Virus record (IMG/VR): IMGVR_UViG_3300032073_000002 | Origin: an uncultured virus (IMG/VR IMGVR_UViG_3300032073_000002) | Lineage: Duplodnaviria; Heunggongvirae; Uroviricota; Caudoviricetes | DNA length: 64,000 nucleotides | Direction: 5' to 3' (one strand) | Shown here: in pieces, positions 56,483-64,000 of the stretch | How the letters are laid out: every line of letters starts with the position of its first letter | Numbering within the stretch: the stretch's first letter is position 1 | Notes under the pieces: model-generated | What the model was told of the DNA's origin: nothing | Databases searched by the model: none | The model's input: the letters and a program-made list of their open reading frames with translations, nothing else | Made by a program: the position numbers and the translations under genes

Positions 56483-56576
56483 TTGGAATCAATCCAAATA
56501 TAGATGCACAGAAAATCAGACAGAGGCCTATCACCTCTGCCTGTTCTCGTAGTTTATTTTTGTTTCTCTCAAACAT
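56475..56576 (-). CDS. tiny membrane peptide (33 aa; not in ORF track)
   Basis: MFERNKNKLREQAEVIGLCLIFCASIFGLIPNV; coupled. Confidence 0.45.
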   Translation of the reverse strand: MFERNKNKLREQAEVIGLCLIFCASIFGLIPNV

Positions 56577-56743
56577 TAATATCCTTTGTAGGACATAAAC
56601 ATTACCATAAATGGTAGAGCAAAAGGAAGAGTCATCAGCACTAGAAATTCGATAGTGTCACAGATTGTACACACTTGTGGTGATTCTGCGACTTCTCTAG
56701 CTTTTCGCACCATGCTCTTCGCAATGTAGGTTGCTGTGGACAT
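56576..56743 (-). CDS. small membrane protein (55 aa; not in ORF track)
   Basis: MSTATYIAKSMVRKAREVAESPQVCTICDTIEFLVLMTLPFALPFMVMFMSYKGY; AGGA RBS. Confidence 0.55.
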   Translation of the reverse strand: MSTATYIAKSMVRKAREVAESPQVCTICDTIEFLVLMTLPFALPFMVMFMSYKGY

Positions 56744-56829
56744 GGTTTTCCTATTAGTTAAGTTATAAAAATTTTGTATATCCTGTTATAACCATGGATT
56801 ATACGCACTTATTTAGACAAATTAAAAAC

Positions 56830-57291
56830 CTAATGAATTGTTTTCTTAGGGTCAAGGTCTTCTACATCGAATTCCTCTTCAATCATCTCTAAGTCTTCGG
56901 GGATTAAAGACTCCATTACTTTATTCAAGTAATCACGTCTTACATCTTCTGCGGTTATCTTTTGATTAGTTAAAGGGATTGATTGTGTTTCAACCATCTC
57001 TAACCATCTAGAAGAAGCTTCATCATAAAAGGGAATGAATTGTTGGTTCATTACACTTCTATATAACACTTGGTCTACTGGTAACATAATAATTGGGTCT
57101 TCACTCAAGGGTGCATACGGATAAAACGTAGCAAGTGTATTGAGTTTGTCTTGAACAGTTAGTTGACATATCATAGGTAAAGTTATTTCAACACCGTTGT
57201 TTGTATCTCTTACCATACCCACAATCTCACTACCAGTCTTCAGTTTTACAACCTCGTACTTTCTGTTTGTTAAATCTTGTGGTGATGTCAT
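56830..57291 (-). CDS. conserved T4-like hypothetical protein (Sm-like fold)
   Basis: VVKLKTGSEIVG motif; located after uvsW. Confidence 0.65.
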   Translation of the reverse strand: MTSPQDLTNRKYEVVKLKTGSEIVGMVRDTNNGVEITLPMICQLTVQDKLNTLATFYPYAPLSEDPIIMLPVDQVLYRSVMNQQFIPFYDEASSRWLEMVETQSIPLTNQKITAEDVRRDYLNKVMESLIPEDLEMIEEEFDVEDLDPKKTIH

Positions 57292-58688
57292 TTTAAGTCG
57301 AACTGCCTTATCTCGTAGTTAAAGTTTTCTTCGTTGTATATATTTATACGTTCTTTAAGGTGATTGAGAGTATGATTTTCATATTGTAAGTCATCTGATA
57401 TATCAAATAATTTCATTTTAGTTTTACCCTCAGCCTTACGAAGTCCTCTACCTATAGATTGAAGGTTTCTTATTCGACTTTTTGATGGTGATGCAAAGAC
57501 AATATTGTCTATACGTTTTATATTAACACCTGTAGAGAAGGTGCCGTATGATGCTAGTATGACATTTTCATTTGAGTTCTCGACATACTCTCTTACAGCT
57601 TCACGGTCATCAACATCCGTTCCACCATATACGTAATGTAGTTTGTCTTCTAGTCTCTTCTGCATTTTTGCATGAAGAACAGTTCCATGTTTCTCTACAA
57701 ACTGAAACAATACTAGAGTGTTCCCCTTAAGGGAATAGACAAGGTTACATAAAAATTCATTTCGTTTATCATTCGATACAAGGTAATCCATTTCTTCTTG
57801 GTATGTCATTTTCTTTTGTTTAGTATGACGGAGTATGACACAATCAATAGATAAATTTGCAATCGTACCTTTGTCCATTAATTCTTTTGTTGATATGACT
57901 TTCTTGACTGGGCCAAACAAACCCTCTAGTTGTAGTCTATGTACTTCTGTTCCGTCTAGTGTACCAGTACAACCAATTCGTACTGCAGTAGTCTTCATCT
58001 TCTCAAGAATACCTTTCAATACGTTTGCTTTAAATAGATGTGCTTCGTCTCCTATAACTACATCAAACGATTGCATGACTTCTTTAGGTGCTTTACTAAA
58101 ACTTTGCCATGTTGATATCGTAATGTCAGAAGGGAAAACAGGTTTACCACTATAAATTTTACATATCTCTTTATCATATCCATACTCCTTAAAGTCTCCT
58201 GCCATCTGTTCCACTAATGATGTAGTAGGAACAATTATTATTGTTTTCATGTTATAGTATCTGGCCAACATATAAATGATAAGAGACTTACCACTTGCAG
58301 TGGGTGACAACAAAAGCTGTCTACCATATTTAATTGTGGATTCAAATGCTTCTATCTGATAGTCTCTAGGTTCAAAAGGTAAGTTTAAATCTTTGATGTT
58401 CCAATCTTTTAATTTGTGTTTATGTCCAATGACATCACCAATACCAGCAAATGCATATCCTCTTTCTCTACAGAACTCATCTACGTATGGTAGTAATCCA
58501 ATATAAATTTTGTGTGTTTTGATTGAGAAAAGATATACCTTACCATCCCACCATTTGTTCTTATAACTTGGCATGAATTTTGCGTTTGGTACGGTAAAGG
58601 AAAAGTAATCATGTAGGTCTTTGGCTAAACCATCATCACAGTCTACCCTCATGAAACATTCATCTACCTTCGAGACTGTGACTTTCAT
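57288..58688 (-). CDS. uvsW: SF2 DNA helicase
   Basis: PRDYQ, SPTASGKS, DEAH, TGT, QSIGRGLR. Confidence 0.95.
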   Translation of the reverse strand: MKVTVSKVDECFMRVDCDDGLAKDLHDYFSFTVPNAKFMPSYKNKWWDGKVYLFSIKTHKIYIGLLPYVDEFCRERGYAFAGIGDVIGHKHKLKDWNIKDLNLPFEPRDYQIEAFESTIKYGRQLLLSPTASGKSLIIYMLARYYNMKTIIIVPTTSLVEQMAGDFKEYGYDKEICKIYSGKPVFPSDITISTWQSFSKAPKEVMQSFDVVIGDEAHLFKANVLKGILEKMKTTAVRIGCTGTLDGTEVHRLQLEGLFGPVKKVISTKELMDKGTIANLSIDCVILRHTKQKKMTYQEEMDYLVSNDKRNEFLCNLVYSLKGNTLVLFQFVEKHGTVLHAKMQKRLEDKLHYVYGGTDVDDREAVREYVENSNENVILASYGTFSTGVNIKRIDNIVFASPSKSRIRNLQSIGRGLRKAEGKTKMKLFDISDDLQYENHTLNHLKERINIYNEENFNYEIRQFDLK

Positions 58689-58689
58689 T

Positions 58690-59403
58690 TTACTTGTATG
58701 GATATCCTACGAACCATCCCACTAGGGAAGTTCTACATCCTCGTGTGACTGGTGTAACTTGATGGTGTACAAATGAAGGGAACAATACTAATGAACCCTT
58801 TTGTTTTGCAGAATTTGGAATCTGTCTATACCAATCTCTCATGTCTCTCGTATAATCATTAGGTGTAAGTGTATCCTTTGAACGGATATCTTCTATCCAC
58901 TGAAAGTTACCACCTTCATATTCATCGGGGTCTGTTAACTGAATAGAGAAACTTAGTTTTCTAATCATACCACTATTTGCATATGGTTCATCACTAGCAT
59001 CTGTATGCCATGTATAGAACCCACCACGTGAACCTTGTTTTGCATGATAGACTGTATGTTGTAGTGGTTCTACTTTTTCTATGTCGACATTCCAACCACA
59101 TTGTTTCATTCCCATTGCAACTGCGTCTTCAACCTTTGTCCAAACATCACCTAAGTTTTTCTGTGCATCACCGTAAATCCATCTAATATCAGATGCTCTA
59201 ACCTTATCTACAATTTGACCACCGTCTCCACCAGCTGCTCTTTCTTTACCTCTGTCTTCTCCATCGGGGTCTAAGTCTAATCTTCCACCTTGACCAACTG
59301 CAGCTGTTTCTAGAGGAAACTCCATTGCCTTACCATTAATAAATTCAACTTCTTCAGAAGTTAATAGTTCGGGATATGTCCATAAGTAATTTTTTAGATT
59401 CAT
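58690..59403 (-). CDS. 2OG-Fe(II) oxygenase (P4H-like); start probably MNLKN
   Basis: WHTD, RKLSFSIQL...YEGG, FPSFVHHQVTPV..G.R.SLVGW. Confidence 0.88.
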   Translation of the reverse strand: MNLKNYLWTYPELLTSEEVEFINGKAMEFPLETAAVGQGGRLDLDPDGEDRGKERAAGGDGGQIVDKVRASDIRWIYGDAQKNLGDVWTKVEDAVAMGMKQCGWNVDIEKVEPLQHTVYHAKQGSRGGFYTWHTDASDEPYANSGMIRKLSFSIQLTDPDEYEGGNFQWIEDIRSKDTLTPNDYTRDMRDWYRQIPNSAKQKGSLVLFPSFVHHQVTPVTRGCRTSLVGWFVGYPYK

Positions 59404-59846
59404 TATTGTCCAGCCATAAACTTTCTCCAATCGATAGTGTTCTTAATCGTTTGGTGTCTCCATGTTATGTTCTGCATACACTCTTTAAGAAAGTCTACAG
59501 TAACCTTGAGGTACTCAATTTTTGCATTGAGTTCTTGTAAATCTTTATCTGCATTGAAGAAGATACTCATATCGTTCTTCATTATTTTTAGACCATTGAA
59601 TGGGTCGGGTTCCCAACCTAGTTCTTTAATTCTATCGTCATCCATTTTTCCATTGAACCACAACCATTTATCTTTAAGTAAAGAGTTATAGTTTTCTTGG
59701 TATTTTTTAAGGACTAGAATCTTACTGGTTAGTAAGTCTTGATATTTTGCATGAAGTTTTGGAACATCTAACGATGCCGTATCCAATTCTATATCATCTA
59801 TTTCACAGTCACTTGCCCATTGGGCTTTTAAATCATCTAAAGTCAT
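59403..59846 (-). CDS. uvsY: recombination mediator
   Basis: D.EID...LD...PKLHAKY...IKNTIDWRKF; position before uvsW. Confidence 0.9.
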   Translation of the reverse strand: MTLDDLKAQWASDCEIDDIELDTASLDVPKLHAKYQDLLTSKILVLKKYQENYNSLLKDKWLWFNGKMDDDRIKELGWEPDPFNGLKIMKNDMSIFFNADKDLQELNAKIEYLKVTVDFLKECMQNITWRHQTIKNTIDWRKFMAGQ

Positions 59847-59875
59847 AATATATATTATACCACAAATGTGTGATA

Positions 59876-60412
59876 TTAACTAGTGGTTTCTATGTCGTAG
59901 TAAGTAAATTTAAACTCTATAGTGGCTACTACAGCCTCTCCGTCTGCACCCGATTCAAACTCTAATCCACTCAAACTGATTGGGAAACAGTCATGGAATC
60001 TAAAGTATTTATTGGGAATATTTTTGTTGGTTGTTGTAATCAAAGTTATGTCTGACATTTCTTTATCAGTTCCACCTAGAGATGCAGATGTACCAGTTGT
60101 AGTTTGTTTACTACCAACATAAGATGCATAATCAGATGGGTCTTTGATTGGTACGATTGCATTCATCCAATCGTATACTTCTTTAAAGTTTCCTAAGTCT
60201 TCATCGACTAAGAAATCTACCGAGAGATTTTCAAACGTAACCTTGTCGCCTGGAAAATATGCGTCCAATCCAACACCAGCACCCTGTGCAATTTCTGTAA
60301 ACTGCACGCCAGGAATATTACACTTCTTAATATAGTATTCTGTTGTGGGTATCTTATCAATAAGAAGTCTAAAATTATTCTTATTGAGAATGGACTTATT
60401 AATATCAACCAT
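59876..60412 (-). CDS. gp3: tail completion/terminator protein (gp3/gp19-like fold)
   Basis: NIPG...PGDKVTFENL.VDFLVDEDL.N..EVYDW...FPISL; T4-like synteny. Confidence 0.8.
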   Translation of the reverse strand: MVDINKSILNKNNFRLLIDKIPTTEYYIKKCNIPGVQFTEIAQGAGVGLDAYFPGDKVTFENLSVDFLVDEDLGNFKEVYDWMNAIVPIKDPSDYASYVGSKQTTTGTSASLGGTDKEMSDITLITTTNKNIPNKYFRFHDCFPISLSGLEFESGADGEAVVATIEFKFTYYDIETTS

Positions 60413-60617
60413 GTACTTTAGTTATCCTTTTGTTTGAAGTGATATCATGATAGTCATCACCTCTATACTCTCTTAAGGTTGTCTCTTCACAAAGATAACC
60501 GTCTTGAATATAAGTTGTAATGGTCTTACGACTCAATACATTTGTTGTTTCAACTCCATTAGGAAAAACAGATTTCTCCCATGGCCCTTCTTTCACATTG
60601 ATTTGTTTATCATACAT
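60405..60617 (-). CDS. hypothetical protein (start probably MYDKQ)
   Basis: GGAG RBS and CTAAATA promoter upstream. Confidence 0.6.
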   Translation of the reverse strand: MYDKQINVKEGPWEKSVFPNGVETTNVLSRKTITTYIQDGYLCEETTLREYRGDDYHDITSNKRITKVHG

Positions 60618-60636
60618 AATATTTCTCCGTATATAT

Positions 60637-61440
60637 CTATTTAGGTGTTTGGATATGCCAGAACCTACGGAAGTGAACATAATTAGGCGGTATGGTACCA
60701 AACTTAACTGGTTTATTAGGATTCGTAGGGTGTAAATCTTCTGTTGTCCAACTGTATACATCTCTTCTATAGAGTTCATTTTCTACAATAACACCGAAGT
60801 CGGTATTCAAATCTTCATCATCATACCTTGTATAAGTCTTACCTATCTCATCTAAGTAATCTTCTACATGTTTGTCATTAAAGAAAGCTTCCCAATTATC
60901 AAACCCATTGAAGACTCTACTATTTTTTCTTTGGTGTTTTGATTGGCCTGGTATATAATCCCATTCGGTCACTTCTTCTTGTCTCATCCATGGTTCAGCT
61001 GTTGGTTTTGTATTGACTGCAGTTTCTAAAAACATTTCGTCTGTATGATTGAATGCTCTTCTTAAATCATCGTAAATATTTTGAACATGATATAGAGTAC
61101 CAAAGTGTATAATTAAATCCCACTTCCTATCAAATGACCACTCTTCATTATGATTGATACACAACTTCTCTGAGTCTGTGTCTATACCATCCAATAGTTC
61201 TTGTCTTGCATCTGCATAGGAAACTGTTGCACCTAGTTTCTCAAAGTGTCTACCAACTAGTCCATGTGCAGTTCCTAGTTCTAGGATAGTCTTCCCATCA
61301 AACCAGTCTTCACCTTTACAATCAATAACTTTTTTAACTCTTTTTTCTGTTGGTAGGTACATTGTATCTATTTGACCTGTAGTTTCATTCTTCCATTTAA
61401 AGAAACCTTCCAACCCTTCACCATACTTTATCATCTTCAT
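60637..61440 (-). CDS. class I SAM-dependent methyltransferase (start MKMIK)
   Basis: ILELGTAHG motif I, DAR, FGTLYH. Confidence 0.8.
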   Translation of the reverse strand: MKMIKYGEGLEGFFKWKNETTGQIDTMYLPTEKRVKKVIDCKGEDWFDGKTILELGTAHGLVGRHFEKLGATVSYADARQELLDGIDTDSEKLCINHNEEWSFDRKWDLIIHFGTLYHVQNIYDDLRRAFNHTDEMFLETAVNTKPTAEPWMRQEEVTEWDYIPGQSKHQRKNSRVFNGFDNWEAFFNDKHVEDYLDEIGKTYTRYDDEDLNTDFGVIVENELYRRDVYSWTTEDLHPTNPNKPVKFGTIPPNYVHFRRFWHIQTPK

Positions 61441-61467
61441 ATAGTTATTTATCGCGTATAAATATAT

Positions 61468-61500
61468 GCCTTGACAATGCATATCGTATTTTGGTATACT
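61468..61500 (+). promoter_or_regulatory. plus-strand early promoter, GCCTTGACAATGC class
   Basis: GCCTTGACAATGC...TATACT, 18 nt spacer; same class as the promoters at 46463-46495 and 49161-49193. Confidence 0.75.
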
Positions 61501-61506
61501 TGTAAG

Positions 61507-61823
61507 GTAGGAAGTCGAGACGGAAGATAGATGGTTGTGAGAGGTTGTTCCGTATAGACAAGGTGTTCCACACTGTTAAAGTCAATTAAGACGTGGCATA
61601 TAATCGTGAGGTGTGGATAGAATCCGAACAGAGAAGCTCTAGAAATTCTTGACGAGTTGGGATAGGGACGGTAAACGAACTTCCGTATGGTCAATACCTA
61701 TTGACCTAGATAAAATTGGGGTAAGGCCTCACTAGAAGGACACGGTGTAAAGAATTGGGTTCATACCCAAGACATTGAACGATTCAGTCATGCTAAAAAA
61801 AACCCCTCGAAAGAGGGGTTTTT
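61507..61823 (+). ncRNA. candidate ~320 nt structured non-coding RNA
   Basis: Bounded by a promoter and a terminator; no plus-strand ORF of note; several complementary stems. Confidence 0.55.
61795..61823. terminator. bidirectional Rho-independent terminator
   Basis: A-run-CCCCTC-GAAA-GAGGGG-T-run; follows gp23 on minus and the candidate ncRNA on plus. Confidence 0.9.
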
Positions 61824-61857
61824 AGTATTCCAATTAAGGAATGAGAACCTAAGTTCC

Positions 61858-63168
61858 TTACAGAATGTTTGACACTGCAAATTTTCTGTAGTATTGGTTA
61901 GTACCAGCAGTTGCTAGACCATCACGGCCTGACATGTTGCCAGTGTCAACGAATGGGTTTGAAACCATGCCGTATCTTGTTTTGAAACCAATTTTTGGTT
62001 GGAATGTGTTCTCACCAACTGCACGAACCATTTGTAATGGAACGTATGGGCAATAGAACATACCAGCATCATAAGGGTTAGTTCCTCTATAACCTACTGT
62101 TAAGTAGTCAACACCAGCATATGGGTCAACATATACTTTAACTCTTCCGTTTAAGATACCAGCAAATGTATTGCCTGTGTCGTCAACGTTTAAGTTAGTG
62201 TTAAGAGCAGGAGCGTAATCTAATACACCTGCCATAGATAGAGCAGAAGCTACATCAGATGAACATAGGATAAAGTTACCTTTTCCTCTACGTGTATCTT
62301 TAGCGATGAAGTTGCTTTCTCTTTCTATTTGGAACAATAATCCTTTGAATTTCTCAACTGACCATCTTCCGTTTGCGTCAACGTCAAGGTTGAACGTACC
62401 AGCAGAAGCTGTTGCAGCTGCACCAGTTTTTGCTTGGATGTTAACATTTCTGATAACTTCACGGTTGATTTCAGCAAGAATTTCTGATGAAAGAATATTT
62501 GCTAGTTCTGATTCTGCGTCAAGACCGTGGATTGCTTTGAGGTCTTGTGCTAATTCGAGTGTGTACTCAGCTTTTAATGCTCTGGATTTTGCAGTAACAG
62601 TTGCTTTCTCAATGGTGAATGCCATTTGAGCGAAACCGTTTGATGCTTCAACGTCACCAAGTGCTTCTGCACTTGCTGTTGACATTCCCGCACCTGTATC
62701 AGTCGCATATGAACCATTGAATGGGTCATTATTACGTGCTGCTAAAGGGCCGTCTGCGACAACTTGGTTGTCATTGGAATATTTAGTATCTGCTTCAGCA
62801 TGTAATGCTTCAGTTTTACCTTCTCTTCCTACAGATGGATAGTCATTATATCTTGCTTTCATAGCAAATATAAGTCCTGTTGGGCCTGTCATAGGCTGAA
62901 CACCACAAATGTCGTATGCAACGAGATTTGGCATAGCTCTACGTACTAATGAAATCAAGATTGGATTCCAGTTAGCAACTGCAGAACTTCCAGTAGCATT
63001 TAAAGGTGCTGCTTCCTCAAGAGCTTGACCTTCTTCGAAAAGGGCCTTCTCTTGGTTTTCAAGGATTACAGCAGTAACAGCACGCTTGTAGTTATCTTCG
63101 ATTTTTGGTAAATCGGAGTGTTCTAGAATCGGTTGCCACTTCTCTTGTAAGTTTTCTGATAAAAACAT
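61858..63168 (-). CDS. gp23: major capsid protein
   Basis: LVRRAMPNLVAYDICGVQPMTGPTGLIFAM, KSRALKAEYTLELAQDLKAIHGLDAE, FQPKIGFKTRYG. Confidence 0.98.
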   Translation of the reverse strand: MFLSENLQEKWQPILEHSDLPKIEDNYKRAVTAVILENQEKALFEEGQALEEAAPLNATGSSAVANWNPILISLVRRAMPNLVAYDICGVQPMTGPTGLIFAMKARYNDYPSVGREGKTEALHAEADTKYSNDNQVVADGPLAARNNDPFNGSYATDTGAGMSTASAEALGDVEASNGFAQMAFTIEKATVTAKSRALKAEYTLELAQDLKAIHGLDAESELANILSSEILAEINREVIRNVNIQAKTGAAATASAGTFNLDVDANGRWSVEKFKGLLFQIERESNFIAKDTRRGKGNFILCSSDVASALSMAGVLDYAPALNTNLNVDDTGNTFAGILNGRVKVYVDPYAGVDYLTVGYRGTNPYDAGMFYCPYVPLQMVRAVGENTFQPKIGFKTRYGMVSNPFVDTGNMSGRDGLATAGTNQYYRKFAVSNIL

Positions 63169-63185
63169 TTTATTTTTCCTTTAAA

Positions 63186-64000
63186 TTATCCTAATGGATT
63201 TAGTTTAGTTATTGCTTGAGTGTACTGTTGCATATCGGGAGCAAGTACTGGTTCTTTCTCTTCAGAAATTTCCCCTGTTCCTTCTTCTACAATAGTATCC
63301 TCAACTAGTTTATCAACATCACTTGGGAAGTAAGCTTCAGCGATTTCTGCAATCTTCTCAGCGAAGTCTGCTTCATCTTTGAAGTCTACACCATTTGATA
63401 ATGATTCTAGCTTCTCTTTTTGTGACTCAGACAAACTGTTACCAGCAGTCTTTACCACGTTACTTCTCTTGAGGGCATCTAACTCTTCTGTAATGTCAAT
63501 ATTTTTACTGACTTCACCATCAAGTTTCTGTTCCATCTCGTCGAGACGATTTGCGAGTTCATCGATTACGTTATACTTATCTTCGGGAACGTCAACATAA
63601 TGTTCTACGAACAATGTTTTCAATCCGTCGATGAAGTTTTCAGTCATCTCTGCTCTCAATCCTCTTTCAATTGCAAGTTCGTTTTCTTTCGTCCACTCTT
63701 CTGCAACATAAGAAAGATATTTGTCAACGCCTTCTGCGAGGTCGGCTTTGACTTTTTCTACTGAGGATTTTAATTCTTCTGAATATTGATTTTCTAAAGA
63801 CTCTTTAATCTCTTCTACTTTAGATGAGACTGCAGCCTTGAAGATAGTTTTTGCTTTCTCTTGATTCTCTTCTGAGATATCTAGTGCTTCTGAGATTTTA
63901 GATAGGTCGTCTTCTACTTCAATCTCGACTAGATTTGCTTCGAGCTCTGCAGAAGTTTCTTCGTCAACGATTTCCTCTTTGACTTCTTCTTCCTCTTCTT
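63186..64000 (-). CDS. gp22: prohead core scaffolding protein (5' end outside the window)
   Basis: KTIFKAAV, YLSYVAEEW..ENELAIERGLRAEMTENFI.GLK.LFVEHYVDVPE; directly upstream of gp23. Confidence 0.92.
   Translation of the reverse strand, partial: EEEEEVKEEIVDEETSAELEANLVEIEVEDDLSKISEALDISEENQEKAKTIFKAAVSSKVEEIKESLENQYSEELKSSVEKVKADLAEGVDKYLSYVAEEWTKENELAIERGLRAEMTENFIDGLKTLFVEHYVDVPEDKYNVIDELANRLDEMEQKLDGEVSKNIDITEELDALKRSNVVKTAGNSLSESQKEKLESLSNGVDFKDEADFAEKIAEIAEAYFPSDVDKLVEDTIVEEGTGEISEEKEPVLAPDMQQYTQAITKLNPLG

Noticed and set aside
61510..61560. GACGGAAG resembling the glnA glutamine riboswitch core
   Set aside because: The flanking CGTTC...GAACG P1 pairing is not in the expected place and no downstream gene exists on that strand
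61449..61694. 81 aa minus-strand ORF
   Set aside because: It lies just after the gp23 terminator with no promoter or RBS and has an atypical composition; the plus-strand RNA explains the region better
61507..61823. tmRNA or RNase P RNA
   Set aside because: No GGGG...CCA acceptor stem or T-loop, and no GAGGAAAGTCC/AACAGAA P4 signature
767..63600. Numerous plus-strand ORFs in the ORF track
   Set aside because: They are antisense shadows of well-supported minus-strand genes, with S/F/L-rich composition and no motifs or RBS
1..64000. CRISPR array, integrase, transposase, reverse transcriptase
   Set aside because: No regularly spaced repeats or matching catalytic motifs were seen by eye

Overview
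This 64 kb window comes from an AT-rich, T4-like (myovirus-type) bacteriophage genome, probably a marine phage of a Gram-negative heterotroph (inference). Almost all genes lie on the minus strand. Read in transcription order from the end of the window, it holds: gp22 (partial), gp23, gp3, uvsY, uvsW, a cytochrome c cluster with tiny membrane ORFs, gp55, gp47, gp46, peptide deformylase, a CobT-like VWA/CobS-like AAA pair, gp45, gp44, gp62 and regA. Next comes a ~7 kb late operon of CsgF, CsgG, two curlin-like proteins, a FecR protein and a CHASE2 class III nucleotidyl cyclase. After that are hsp20, a peroxiredoxin, a C5-methyltransferase/TET-like oxygenase/kinase cluster, lysozyme, gp43, IscU, UvsX and gp41. 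A long block of probable internal head proteins follows, including a ligase-like protein, a nucleotidyltransferase-kinase fusion and a PAP2 phosphatase, with tRNA-Thr(UGU). The window ends with primase, nrdA, nrdB, a QueC-like protein and glutaredoxin. The most notable signals are (1) the curli-pore/FecR/cyclase trans-envelope signalling-like operon, (2) a ~320 nt structured ORF-free plus-strand transcript with its own early promoter and terminator, (3) enzymes carrying capsid-targeting-like and protease-cleavage-like motifs, (4) many apparently leaderless mRNAs, and (5) the MTase-TET-kinase DNA modification cluster. All calls come from reading motifs by eye; no database searches were run.
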